A DNA stretch of 64,000 nucleotides from Candidatus Poribacteria bacterium. GTDB taxonomy: Bacteria > Poribacteria > WGA-4E > PCPOR2b. Positions 31,263-41,748 of the stretch are shown in pieces; within the stretch, counting starts at the first letter, position 1; each line of letters starts with the position of its first letter. The stretch is from NCBI GenBank assembly GCA_965218095.1, contig OZ244587.1:1920001-1984000 (forward strand). Reading direction: 5' to 3'. The translations under genes and the position numbers were made by a program. The notes under the pieces are model-generated. The model saw only the letters and a program-made list of their open reading frames with translations. It did no database searches and had not been told where the DNA came from.

Positions 31263-32609
31263 ATGAATCACCGTTTGTTTTTCCGCTTTTTGTCCATCTT
31301 CTGCATCGTACTCGCCTTCGCATTCTTGGGGTGTGGCGACGATGATGATGACGATGACAATAATGATACAGATGGAATTACTCGAGTTGACCCAGATGGT
31401 GGCCCAGACATAGTGAGCGGCCCAAACATTCTTGAGGGAGAAATTATGGAAGACCTCACCCTCACAGCAGACCGTGAACACGTACTGCGGGGCGCCGTAT
31501 TTGTGAAAAATGGCGCCACACTCACGATTGAGCCGGGAACCACCATCTTTGGCGAAGGCGTCTCCAACGGCACGCCTATCGTTGCTCAGGGCGCCAAGAT
31601 TATCGCTGATGGAACCTCAGATCAGCCAATCGTTTTCACCAGCGATGCGCTCGACGGTTCATGAGGGCGTGGCCAATGGGGTGGGCTGATTATTAACGGT
31701 CGCGCTCCGACCAACCAGGGCGTCGCATTCGGCGAAGGGGATACGGGCACCTACGGTGGTAACGATCCCAACGACAACAGTGGAGTGCTTCGGTATGTCC
31801 GTGTCGAGTTCGCAGGCATTGAGTTTAGCCCTGACAACGAGTTAAACGGTATCGCTTTTCAAGGCGTCGGCGCCGGAACAACTGTCGATCACGTTCAGGT
31901 TCACTTCAACCAGGATGACGGAATCGAGATGTTTGGCGGGACGGTCAACATCAAGCACGCCCTCGTCACAGGCGCGCGGGACGATTCATTTGACTGGACG
32001 GATGGCTGGACAGGTAAAGGGCAGTTCTGGATTGCCCAGCAGCGTGGTGACGACGCCGATAACGGCTTTGAAATCGATAACAGCAAAAAGAATAACAAGG
32101 CGACACCACGAAGCGATGCGACTATCTACAATGTCACGCTCGTCGGCGATCTGGACAGGACGGAAAGTGATACGGGCATGTTGATTCGTGAAGGCGCAGC
32201 GGGTACATTTCGGAACATCATTGTACACGGCTTTAAAAACGGCGCTGGACTCGACATCAACACCGCCGCCAGTCATGCGCTTGCCCAAAACGGTGGGATC
32301 TCTATCCAGAACACTATCTTTTCTAACAACGGCCCCAGTAACTTTGTCGAACCGGAAGACGGTTTCGACGAAGGTGCATGGGCAACCCAAGGTGGCTTTA
32401 ATAACTTTGAGGATGATGCGAAGTTGCGTAACCCATTTGACCAGAATGCTCCAGATTTCCGACCGGCAGTCGATTCGCCTGCGGTGAATGGAAGCGTTCC
32501 GGTCGCATAGCTGCCTGCTGATGGCTTCTTCGAGCCGGTGAACTTTATCGGTGGAATTGGTCCAAACGACAACTAGACAGCCGGTTGGACAACAACCGCT
32601 CAACAATAA
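31263..32609 (+). pseudogene. Surface lipoprotein (beta-helix type, TBDR-associated) with three in-frame stops (31662, 32508, 32574)
   Basis: Lipobox FLGC followed by poly-Asp; 'WGGLIINGRAP...DNSGVLRYVRVEFAG...DDGIEMFGG'; one continuous frame. Confidence 0.88.
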
Positions 32610-32677
32610 TGAGTGACGAGTGGGGGGTGATGAACGTGACAAATCACTTATCACTCCTCACGCATCACATATTTACT

Positions 32678-33178
32678 ATGAAATGGCGAATCGCATTAGG
32701 AATTATTCTCCTCGTCCTATTGGGACTGTCAATAGGCTGGAACAGGGAGAGCGCATGGGATAGTCGCTTTGAGTCCCCGGCTGACCTTGGTCGCGCGGTC
32801 GTCAAGACGCTGAATCGTGGGGATGCCGATGGGTTGCATTGGCTGAGAGTGAATCGGGATGAATACTTCTCATGGATCTGGCCCGCTTTTCCTGCCAGCC
32901 GCCCACCCTATAATTTTACCGCTGATTTCGCATGGTCAAACCTCAATAAAAAGTGCATAATCGGCGTCGGCAAGTGGAACCGACGCTACGGATGTAAAAA
33001 TCTTGCCTTCGTGAACCTCCACTTTGAACGCCCGACAGAGGAATATGAAGGGTTCAAACTACTGCGCGGCACGGTGCTGACAGTACAAAAAACGAATGGT
33101 AAGAGTGCCGAATTAAGAATTCTCGGATCCATTGTCGAAAAAGATAATCGCTATAAACTTCTGAGTTATGAGGATTAA
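32678..33178 (+). CDS. Hypothetical exported protein
   Basis: N-terminal hydrophobic segment; in the operon with the TBDR and lipoprotein. Confidence 0.65.
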   Translation: MKWRIALGIILLVLLGLSIGWNRESAWDSRFESPADLGRAVVKTLNRGDADGLHWLRVNRDEYFSWIWPAFPASRPPYNFTADFAWSNLNKKCIIGVGKWNRRYGCKNLAFVNLHFERPTEEYEGFKLLRGTVLTVQKTNGKSAELRILGSIVEKDNRYKLLSYED

Positions 33179-33185
33179 ATAAACT

Positions 33186-34175
33186 ATGAGTAGTTATGTT
33201 TCCAATTATAGAGCGAACAAACGGGGCCAACAAAAAAAGAAAGCCAAACGCCGAAAGCTGATAGCAGCCGATCTGCCAGCTTCCGCACCCTTGAAAGCAA
33301 CCCCCAAACATAATCAGGTTGCTGCAATTCAAACGGCGCCGCATCAACAGTCGAAAAGGCAGGTTGGTACTTCTAAGGTCGTTACTTCTAAACGTTTCGC
33401 GTTTCTGTTCTCTGTTACCTTCCACGTTGTCGCGGCGGCTATTGGGACACTATATATCGTTCAAGAGACGATTATCGATGATGACGTGATCGTAGCGGAA
33501 GTGATGAAAGCCCCTCCCAAACCAAAACTCAAACGCCTTTCCCGTCCGCGTGTCGCCCGAACCCAAACCCCTCGAAAAACAGTAACCGCCCCAAAACCGC
33601 AATTAAATCAAGTCGTCACAACCAGTGCGAGATTTACAACCCCATCAAGCCTATCTATCGCGCCGCTTGGCGCTCCAGGTGACGCTGGGTTTGGGAGGAG
33701 GGGTTTATTCGTCGGAGAACGTCAAGCGCAAGTCGTCGCTGTGGCGCCTCAGTTTGAAGCGCCCAAGTTCCTAAATACATCAATAATCGGGAAGATTGAT
33801 AAGGAAACAAATATTGCGCAAATGGATTTTAATCCGGAGGCCATTGAGCTGATTACGGCGGACTTGAGAAATGCAACACAGTCGCTTTCAGAATTTCTCA
33901 AGGCAATTCGTGATAAGATTAAGCGGTCACAACGCTACCCGCAATCCGTGCGAGAATTGGTTGATGACAGCACGGTACAAGTGCAATTCACCATTCGGCA
34001 TGACGGCACGCTTGTCGACGCCAAAGTTGTCACCTCCTCTGGCTCGAGGGCGCTTGACGCCGCCGCACTGTCTGCAATTCGGGACGCTACGCCCTTCCCA
34101 CCCTTTCCTGGAGATCAAGCAGGCGAAACCCTCCGTTTGGAAATTCCTATCGTTTTCCAATTAAAGACCAACTGA
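33186..34175 (+). CDS. tonB: TonB energy transducer
   Basis: TM with SxxxH, Pro/Lys-rich linker, C-terminal YP...VQFTI..DG...SSG..ALD.AA..AI. Confidence 0.85.
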   Translation: MSSYVSNYRANKRGQQKKKAKRRKLIAADLPASAPLKATPKHNQVAAIQTAPHQQSKRQVGTSKVVTSKRFAFLFSVTFHVVAAAIGTLYIVQETIIDDDVIVAEVMKAPPKPKLKRLSRPRVARTQTPRKTVTAPKPQLNQVVTTSARFTTPSSLSIAPLGAPGDAGFGRRGLFVGERQAQVVAVAPQFEAPKFLNTSIIGKIDKETNIAQMDFNPEAIELITADLRNATQSLSEFLKAIRDKIKRSQRYPQSVRELVDDSTVQVQFTIRHDGTLVDAKVVTSSGSRALDAAALSAIRDATPFPPFPGDQAGETLRLEIPIVFQLKTN

Positions 34176-34407
34176 GCAACGAATTAGTAGAAGGCGTCGG
34201 CACATCAACATTGACAGAAGACTACCCCTTTACTACACTATATCTACTCTCAACTATAACTCGACAATGTTAGATTTCCTCGCAACCCAAAATTTTATCT
34301 TGGTTTCGAGTCGGTTGTCAACTTAGAAAGTTGGGTTACAACGGCATCCGCGTTCTAATTTAACACTGTCAAAATAATCAGAGATCTCAATTGAAAGGGG
34401 GGTCACA

Positions 34408-35102
34408 ATGTCATCCAAGCAAATCGAATACCCAATAGTTTCTCAAATCGTCTGCGAATATCTGGGTTCGCTGTTCTTGGTCATGGCGGCGATTTCACCG
34501 ATTATTCTTTTCAACCAGATTTTGGACGCTGGCATTGCTTTGGCGGTGCTCGCTGACGCCCTCGCCGTGGGGTTTATCCTCTTCGTCCTCATTGAAATGT
34601 TCGGCCCAATCAGCAGCGCGCATTTCAATCCCGCCGTGAGCATCGCCATGGCGGTCAGCGGTCAAATGAGATGGGGCGAGCGCCAATCTACATTCTCGCG
34701 CAGATTACCGGTGGCTTGACAGGGACGGTTTGTTCCCATCTCATGTTCTATCATAAAATCCCCGGGTTGACTGCTATTTCTGAGGTGACCCGATCTGGCG
34801 GGAACTATTTCTCGGAAATCTTGTGTACTTTTATCCTCGTTCTTGCTATTTTCCTTCTTGTACAGCATCAATCAGATAAAATCTTCCTCGTCGTTGGTCT
34901 GTTAGTCGGGGGAGAATTAATTGCAACATCAAGCACAATGTTCGCCAACCCACAAGTCACTCTGGCGCGGATATTCACCTATTCGGCAGCGGGTGTAAAG
35001 CCTCTGGATGGGATGGTATTCATCCTGATGGAGGTCATCGGCGCCGGGCTTGCCGTTTTTGTTTTCAAAGCAGTGAATCGAAACAGAAAACTGATTGAGT
35101 AA
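34408..35102 (+). pseudogene. MIP/aquaporin (AqpS-like), frameshifted near 34675
   Basis: AHFNPAVS in ORF 34408-34719 and STMFANPQVTLAR in ORF 34671-35102. Confidence 0.85.
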
Positions 35103-35184
35103 TAGCCTCCATTACAGACGTTATGATAGCTCTTCTGTCACGATTCACTTCATAACGCCTTTTGACACAATAAAGACAAAACTT

Positions 35185-35202
35185 TGTAACAATTTTGTAA
35201 CA
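35185..35202 (+). promoter_or_regulatory. Pho-box-like direct repeat upstream of the rrf2-porin-phoU-pst operon
   Basis: TGTAA-N6-TGTAA (11-bp period), same pattern as 27777 and 28005. Confidence 0.6.
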
Positions 35203-35240
35203 TTCCGATGATATATTTTCAAAGTTTATTGTGGGTTTTC

Positions 35241-35264
35241 ATTTTGGACATAAATGTCCAAAAT
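35241..35264. promoter_or_regulatory. Perfect 11-bp inverted repeat, candidate Rrf2 operator
   Basis: ATTTTGGACAT-AA-ATGTCCAAAAT, ending 27 bp before the rrf2 start. Confidence 0.6.
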
Positions 35265-35291
35265 CGGCAGTGACCATCGCAGAAAGGTGAT

Positions 35292-35681
35292 TTGAAGATG
35301 TTTTCACAATCTTGTAGATACGCACTTCAAGCACTTTTATACATTGCTGCCCCCCCATATTGGCGTCCGATTCCGTTGCAGGAAATCGCGAGAAGGTACA
35401 AATCACCGCGTCATTTCTTGAGCAAAGTTCTGCAAACGCTTGTTAAAAATGGGATCTTGAATTCTCAAAAAGGACCTTTGGGTGGATTCACACTCGCCAA
35501 ACCTACGAGCGAAATCACACTGCTCGAGGTCGTACGCGCGACGCAAGGTTCCCATTCACTAGAAGGCTGTTTGCTTGGCCCACCTTACAGTTGTGAATCT
35601 CATCTTTGTTCACTGCATGAAATCAAAGAAGACATCCACAACGCCCTTAGACGGCAAACCATTGCACAACTGATCGATTGA
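35292..35681 (+). CDS. Rrf2-family transcriptional regulator
   Basis: YALQAL...FLSKVLQTL..G...SQKGPLGGF.LAKP; three C-terminal Cys. Confidence 0.9.
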   Translation: MKMFSQSCRYALQALLYIAAPPYWRPIPLQEIARRYKSPRHFLSKVLQTLVKNGILNSQKGPLGGFTLAKPTSEITLLEVVRATQGSHSLEGCLLGPPYSCESHLCSLHEIKEDIHNALRRQTIAQLID

Positions 35682-35724
35682 GCCAAGGGACAGATTCACA
35701 AGTGTGTCAAAAAATGGAGGCTTT

Positions 35725-36771
35725 ATGAAAATACATCTTCGGTGGGGCTTCTTGCCCCTACTGTTCATATTGTGGAATTGTTATTCAATTTCCTGGGCGG
35801 AGGAAGGGAAGGTTAGCGGCTATTTCTTTGGAGATTACTACTACATGCTGAAATCGCACAATGCCGGTCTTGAAGACCGAAATGGATTTCAGTATCGGCG
35901 CGCCTACTTCACTTACGACAAGAACTTGTCGGAGGAACTTTCTGTGCGGTTTCGGCTGGAAATGAATAGCCGTTCATTTCCCACAGCCCGTGAGACAACA
36001 TCAAAATTAGAACCGTTTCTCAAACATGCCTATCTGAAATGGAAGCGGCCGGATTGGCGGACGAATATCTACTTTGGGCTATCCGGATCGCCGACCTGGA
36101 GCAATATCGAAAAAGTATGGGGCTATTGCTCTGTTGCGAAAACAACCCTTGATCTTCAAAAAATGGCTAGCAGCGCGGACTTTGGTGTATCGATTCAAGG
36201 CGACCTTGACACATCAAAGAAAATTAGCTATCACCTGATGGTCTCAAACGGCATGGGTACGAGCGCAGAGATCGACCAGAATAAGAAGGTCTCTTTGTCG
36301 CTTGCCGCCAGGCCGGTTGAAGGTATTATCCTTGAGGGCTATGTCGATCTAGAGAACGCCAAGGACAGAGATACACGGCACATCTTACAAGGTTTTCTCG
36401 GCTATCAACAAGAGCAATTTCGATTTGGCATCCAGCTTGCCAATCAGACCCGGCGGCAGAAGGACGCGGATGACCTTAACATTTTAGCGGGGTCCGTGTT
36501 CGGTGCGGTAAAATTGATCGAGAAGAAGGTGTAGGCTTTCGCTCGGTTTGATCGGTTGTTCGATCCGAATCCAGAGGCAAAGCGAATTGCTTACATCCCT
36601 TTTGATGAAACGGCGAAGTCGAATATAGTTCTGGTCGGGCTGGATTGGATGCCAATCGATGCCCTTCACATCATGCCCAATCTTGTCCTCGTCTTTTACG
36701 ATGAACCGGATAAAGATGACAGGCCAGATGAAACCATTATGCCCCGTTTGACGGCTTTCTTCACGTTTTAA
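35725..36771 (+). pseudogene. Outer-membrane porin (phosphate-porin-like) with TAG at 36532-36534
   Basis: Signal peptide, 'GFQYRRAYF...FLKHAYL', amphipathic strands, C-terminal Phe; ORF 36556-36771 is in the same frame. Confidence 0.75.
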
Positions 36772-36849
36772 GGCGTTGTACCTCGTTCCTCAGTGTGATA
36801 TACTACTTGCAACGAACTTCGGTTATCGCAAAATTGGAGGGGATGTGAT

Positions 36850-37977
36850 ATGCAATCTCATTTAGAAGAAAGCCTACAACAGGATATCGACCTGATTCGC
36901 AATAAGGTCATCGAAATGGGTGGTTTGGCTGAGAGTGCGCTAAAGACCAGTCTGGACGCGATTGAGAATAACGACCGCCAATTGGCGTATGCGGTGATCT
37001 TGAAAGACCACTATATTGATGAATTAGAGGAGGAACTGGAATCGCTCTGTCAGAAATTCCTGATTAAGCACCTGCCTGTCGCGGGTCAAATGCGCTTTGT
37101 TTATTCCGTCATCAAGATCAACACTGAATTGGAGCGCGTCGGCGATTATGCGAAAGCCATTGCACGGCGATTTTTGACTGTCAGTTCTTTAAACGCTCAG
37201 GTGTCCTACCCTAAGCTCACCGAAATTGTCAATCTGTCGATTCCGCTGCTCCGTAACGCCCTGCAAGCCTTCGCCGAAGGTAACGCAGAATTGGCGAAAG
37301 CAACAAGGGAGAAGGAAAAGGAAAAAACGATAGACACCCTGCGCTACGAGATTCATCGTGACTTAATCCAACTGCATAGTGATGGTGGATTACCATCAGA
37401 GGCGCTCGTGCCATTGATGACGATTGTCGATCGCTTGGAGCGCGTCGCCAATCAGGCCAGCAATATTTGTGAGGAAGTCCTGTACATGCGTACCGGTGAA
37501 GATCTGAGACATGACTACCAGCAGGTGCTGCGTGTACTTTTTGTCGCCGAGCGTGACGCCTGCCGGGGTCAGATGGCCGTCGGTATCGGTAACGGCCTTG
37601 GGTTGAAAAGGGTCCTGTTCAGCAGCGCCGGCGTTGCGCCCATCTCTGTGGACGCCAAAACCGTGCAATTCATGGCGAAAAAAGGGATCGATATTTCTGC
37701 ACAGACTTCCAAATATCTAAGCCAAACCTTAGATCCCAAAGATTATGAGGTCATTGTATTACTTTCGGAAGAAGCAGAAAGGGCTTTCCCACCAACGCCC
37801 TTGAAGACGGTCCAAATCAACTGGGAGATTCAAGATCCATCAAGACTTGAAGAGTCTGAAGCGGAGGTGGAAGCTGCTTATGAGAAGACATTTCGATTTT
37901 TAGATACACACATTCGAGATCTGGTTCAGGCGATTCTCGGTGATGATATTAAGAAGGAGGAGACCGATGTTCAATAA
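36850..37977 (+). CDS. phoU: PhoU fused to a low-molecular-weight phosphatase/ArsC-like domain
   Basis: Two PhoU repeats (ELERVGDYA; LERVANQASNI), then 'VLFVAERDACRGQMA...SSAG...GIDISAQTSK...WEIQDP'. Confidence 0.9.
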   Translation: MQSHLEESLQQDIDLIRNKVIEMGGLAESALKTSLDAIENNDRQLAYAVILKDHYIDELEEELESLCQKFLIKHLPVAGQMRFVYSVIKINTELERVGDYAKAIARRFLTVSSLNAQVSYPKLTEIVNLSIPLLRNALQAFAEGNAELAKATREKEKEKTIDTLRYEIHRDLIQLHSDGGLPSEALVPLMTIVDRLERVANQASNICEEVLYMRTGEDLRHDYQQVLRVLFVAERDACRGQMAVGIGNGLGLKRVLFSSAGVAPISVDAKTVQFMAKKGIDISAQTSKYLSQTLDPKDYEVIVLLSEEAERAFPPTPLKTVQINWEIQDPSRLEESEAEVEAAYEKTFRFLDTHIRDLVQAILGDDIKKEETDVQ

Positions 37978-38872
37978 AGTGTTGAGCGCCATCGTTGTGG
38001 TGGCGTTTTGCTTATCTTTAAGCGCATGTTCCAAGAAAGATGATAATGGCGGAAAAACTGAGAGTGGCGGAGCCGAAAGGTTTGTTATTCAAAACGCCGG
38101 TTCTGATACGATGGTCAATTTGGCGCAAGCCTGGGCTGAAGCGTACGCCGCAATTGAACCTGCCGTGTCAGTGGAAGTCTCCGGCGGAGGCTCTGGCACC
38201 GGCATCGCGGCGTTGATCAATGATACCGTTGATATTGCCAATTGTAGTCGCCAAGTGAAACCCGAAGAAATCGAAAGGGCCAAACAAAATACCGGCAAAG
38301 AACCACAGAAATTTGTCGTCGGCTATGACGCATTAGCGGTTTACGTTCATAAAGACAATCCGCTGGAGGAAGCCACGATTGAGCAACTTGCAGAGATCTA
38401 TGGCGAAGGTGGGGCCATAACGAAGTGGTCTCAACTGGGTATCAACCACCCCGACTGCTCAAGCGACGAAATCATCCGCGTCAGCCGGCAATCCAACTCA
38501 GGAACTTATTTTTATTTCCGCGAGGCCGTGTTAGGCAAAAAACGGGATTACAAACTGGGCTCAAGGGATTTGCACGGCTCCAAAGATGTTGTGGAATTGG
38601 TCGAGCGGACGCCCTGTGCAATTGGCTACAGCGGAATGGGGTACGCCACCGAGCATGTCACAATGTTAAAAATTGCGAAAAAAGCGGGCGACCCGCATTA
38701 CGCGCCAAACCTCGAAAATGCGCTCAGTGGTGCCTATCCCATTGCACGTCCGCTGTATATGTATTCGCTCGGCACACCCGGCGCGCAGGCGAAGAAATAC
38801 CTCGATTGGATTCTTTCTGATGCTGGCCAGCAGATTGTCGAGAAAGGCGGGTACGTACCATTGCCGAAATGA
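37967..38872 (+). CDS. pstS: Phosphate ABC transporter substrate-binding lipoprotein
   Basis: LSAC lipobox, GSDTM, GGGSGTGI, RQSNSGT, YPIARPLY. Confidence 0.95.
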   Translation: MFNKVLSAIVVVAFCLSLSACSKKDDNGGKTESGGAERFVIQNAGSDTMVNLAQAWAEAYAAIEPAVSVEVSGGGSGTGIAALINDTVDIANCSRQVKPEEIERAKQNTGKEPQKFVVGYDALAVYVHKDNPLEEATIEQLAEIYGEGGAITKWSQLGINHPDCSSDEIIRVSRQSNSGTYFYFREAVLGKKRDYKLGSRDLHGSKDVVELVERTPCAIGYSGMGYATEHVTMLKIAKKAGDPHYAPNLENALSGAYPIARPLYMYSLGTPGAQAKKYLDWILSDAGQQIVEKGGYVPLPK

Positions 38873-38966
38873 AGGTTGACCCAGGAGGTCCGCAGTCAAC
38901 AAATAGTATCAAATAAATTGTAAATGTGACCATACAACCGCCGCGGAGGCAATACAACAGATAATA

Positions 38967-39860
38967 ATGATAGACCGACACCGTTTGGAACGTTTTACCG
39001 AACCCATCATTGAGTGGGCGATTCGGTTATGTGGCATCAGTGCGATTCTGTTTGTTTTTGGGATTTTCTTCTTTGTCTTCCGGGAAGGTGCCGGTTTTCT
39101 TTTTGGGGGATTAAATCTCGGTGAATTTCTCACCAGCCCCGAATGGTACCCCACCTCTGTTAGCCACAAGCGCTACGGTGTTCTCGCCTTAATCGTTGGA
39201 ACCTTTAGCGTGACGATATTAGCCATGATGATCGCCATACCCTTTGGTCTGGGCGCGGCGATCTTTATTTCAGAATTCTGTGGTCCCAAACTGAAAGAGA
39301 CGGTTAAGATCGTCATCGAGCTGCTTGCAGCTATCCCGTCGGTGGTCTGGGGATTCATCGGTTTGACGGTAATGAATCAACTGATCATGGCTCTGTTTGA
39401 CGCCCCAATCGGCCTCACGGTGCTAAACGGCGGTATCATTCTCGCGCTCATGAGCGTGCCAATCATCGTTTCTATCGGCGAAGACGCCCTCAAAGCCGTT
39501 CCAGATTCTTATCGTGAAGCCGCTGAGGCGCTTGGCGCAACCCGCTGGCAAGTGGTTTACCGGGTGCTGGCGCCCGCAGCGAAAAACGGACTGTTGGCGG
39601 CGGTGCTGCTCGGTGTCGGTCGTGCGATTGGCGAAACGATGGCGGTGCTGATGGCAACCGGGCATGCTGTCCAAATCCCAAAGGGCCCGCTCGACTCGGT
39701 CAGAACACTGACGGCGACGATTGCCGCTGAACTCGGCGAAGCCTCCGTCGGATCAGACCACTATCGGGTGCTGTTCATTGTCGGCATTCTGCTTTTTTCA
39801 ATTACGTTCGTGGTGAATCTCGCAGCGGATTTGGTGATAAAAGGTATTCGGGAAGACTAA
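38967..39860 (+). CDS. pstC: Phosphate ABC transporter permease
   Basis: ELLAAIPSVVWG, EAAEALGATRW, GRAIGETMAV. Confidence 0.95.
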   Translation: MIDRHRLERFTEPIIEWAIRLCGISAILFVFGIFFFVFREGAGFLFGGLNLGEFLTSPEWYPTSVSHKRYGVLALIVGTFSVTILAMMIAIPFGLGAAIFISEFCGPKLKETVKIVIELLAAIPSVVWGFIGLTVMNQLIMALFDAPIGLTVLNGGIILALMSVPIIVSIGEDALKAVPDSYREAAEALGATRWQVVYRVLAPAAKNGLLAAVLLGVGRAIGETMAVLMATGHAVQIPKGPLDSVRTLTATIAAELGEASVGSDHYRVLFIVGILLFSITFVVNLAADLVIKGIRED

Positions 39861-39982
39861 CCCCGATTTTCGATCAGGGTTGATTAAGTCGAAAAGATTC
39901 GTTATCGGAGCGGCTGTCTCCCAAAAACCGTTCTCTTTTCTAAACAGAACCTTCTGAAGGTTCTACAGCTCGGAGATAATGA

Positions 39983-40930
39983 ATGGAGACCGAAAAACAG
40001 ATAGAGCGCGATGAACTGATCAAAACAGAATTCGACCACCAGCCGATCTTCACGGAAACCGCGTTGGGCCGGAAGAATAGGTGGACTGAAAACCTTGCCA
40101 AAAGCATTTTCCTCTTGATGACGGTGCTGATGATTTTACCCTTGCTTCTGATTGTCGGTTACCTTTTCTACAAAGCCTTGCCAGTGCTATCTATCGATTT
40201 CCTGTTTACCAATCCAATGCATGGCATGCGGGCGGGCGGCATCTGGGCACCATTTCTGGGGACGATGTATCTGGTCATCATTTCGCTGCTCGTTGCGGCA
40301 CCGGTTGGTGTGCTGGCAGCGGTGTATCTGAATGAATATGCACGCGATAATTGGTTCACGCGCATCATTAATCTGGCGGTGGTGAATCTCGCCGGCGTTC
40401 CGAGCATTGTCCATGCCCTATTTGGGTTGGGGGCTTTTGTGCTATTTGTGGGTATTGGTCGTTCCATTCTGGCAGCCTCCCTCACCCTGGCGATTATGAC
40501 GTTGCCTGTAATTATTGCCAGCACCAAGGAGGCGCTCGGCGCCGTGCCGCTGGCATTTCGTGAGGCCTGCTGGAATGTTGGCGCCACACGCTGGCAAACT
40601 ATCCGCCGCATTGTGTTGCCAAACTCCATCACTGGTATTTTGACTGGGGCGATCCTGCAAGTCTCGCGGGCGGCGGGGGAGACCGCACCAATTATGTTCA
40701 CCGGCACCGTTTTCTACAAAGCCATACGGGAGGGCGACATTTTCGCTTACGGCATATTTGATCAGTGCATGGCGCTATCAATGCACCTGTTCACGATCTC
40801 CACGCAAGTTCCCAATGTCCCCGACGCCTTGCCTTATGGGACTGCCGTTGTGCTTCTAGGGACTGTATTGATGGTCAACGCGCTAGCGATTGGGTTGCGG
40901 GTGTATCTGCGGTCTCGGAAGAAGTGGTAG
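39983..40930 (+). CDS. pstA: Phosphate ABC transporter permease
   Basis: YLNEY, NLAGVPSIV, SRAAGETAP. Confidence 0.95.
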   Translation: METEKQIERDELIKTEFDHQPIFTETALGRKNRWTENLAKSIFLLMTVLMILPLLLIVGYLFYKALPVLSIDFLFTNPMHGMRAGGIWAPFLGTMYLVIISLLVAAPVGVLAAVYLNEYARDNWFTRIINLAVVNLAGVPSIVHALFGLGAFVLFVGIGRSILAASLTLAIMTLPVIIASTKEALGAVPLAFREACWNVGATRWQTIRRIVLPNSITGILTGAILQVSRAAGETAPIMFTGTVFYKAIREGDIFAYGIFDQCMALSMHLFTISTQVPNVPDALPYGTAVVLLGTVLMVNALAIGLRVYLRSRKKW

Positions 40931-40983
40931 GGATTGAAATTGACGATTGACGATTGAAAATAGTCAATACGGGACAAACTGAC

Positions 40984-41748
40984 ATGGCCAATTCAACAAA
41001 GAAAATTGAGATCTCCGATCTCGCTGTCCGATACGGTCAGAAGGAAGCCCTCCAAGGGATCTCCTTCGATATATATGAGAACGAGATCCTTGGTATCATC
41101 GGACCAGGGCAATCCGGTAAAACGACGCTGCTGAAAACCATCAACCGCACCATAGAATTCGAGGTGGAAGCGCAGGTTCATGGTTCAGTGAAGATCGATG
41201 GCGAGGATGTGAAGGGACTTAAGAACGTCTACGAACTGCGTCGGCGGGTGGGGATGGTTTTCCCGCTGCCGGTTGGCTTGCCGTTGTCCATATACGATAA
41301 CGTCGCATTCGCGCCTCGGACTGCGGGCATTCGGAATCGGGCTGAATTGGATGCGCTTGTCGAGCGTTGCCTCCGACAGGCGGCGCTTTGGGACGAAGTG
41401 AGAAACCGCCTCGACAGTCTTGGGACCAAGCTGTCGGGCGGACAACAACAGCGCCTGACCATCGCCCGTGCCCTCTCGCATCAACCAGAGATTCTCTGCC
41501 TCGACGAATTTTCCATCGCGGTAGATCCGGTGACGACGATGCGAATCGAAGATGTCCTCAAAGAGTTGCAGGCGAATATCACAATCATCCTCGTTACCAA
41601 CCTGGTGCAACAGGCCCGGCGACTGGCAGACCGAACCGCTTTTATACTTGATGGCGAACTAATCGAAATTGATTCCAACGAAGTGATTTTCTCCGAGTCA
41701 CCAGCAAACAAACTAACTTACGACTATGTAAATGGGAACTTTGGATGA
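40984..41748 (+). CDS. pstB: Phosphate ABC transporter ATP-binding subunit 1 (degenerate Q- and H-loops)
   Basis: GPGQSGKT, MVFPLP, LSGGQQQR, LDEF, VTNL; C-terminal YVNGNFG. Confidence 0.9.
   Translation: MANSTKKIEISDLAVRYGQKEALQGISFDIYENEILGIIGPGQSGKTTLLKTINRTIEFEVEAQVHGSVKIDGEDVKGLKNVYELRRRVGMVFPLPVGLPLSIYDNVAFAPRTAGIRNRAELDALVERCLRQAALWDEVRNRLDSLGTKLSGGQQQRLTIARALSHQPEILCLDEFSIAVDPVTTMRIEDVLKELQANITIILVTNLVQQARRLADRTAFILDGELIEIDSNEVIFSESPANKLTYDYVNGNFG

Noticed and set aside
31662-31664. Second selenocysteine codon in the lipoprotein
   Set aside because: The context GS*GRGQWGG fits Arg (CGA to TGA), there is no redox motif, and the gene has two further TAG stops.
34205-34340. Possible IS end remnant (…CAACTTAGAAAGTTGGGTTA)
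   Set aside because: No partner repeat or transposase in the window; too weak to call.
28156-36771. Stop-codon reassignment or pyrrolysine explaining the many in-frame TAGs
   Set aside because: TAG, TGA and TAA all occur, the expected residues differ (Gln, Trp, Arg), TAG ends intact genes such as pstA and phoB, and housekeeping genes have no internal stops.
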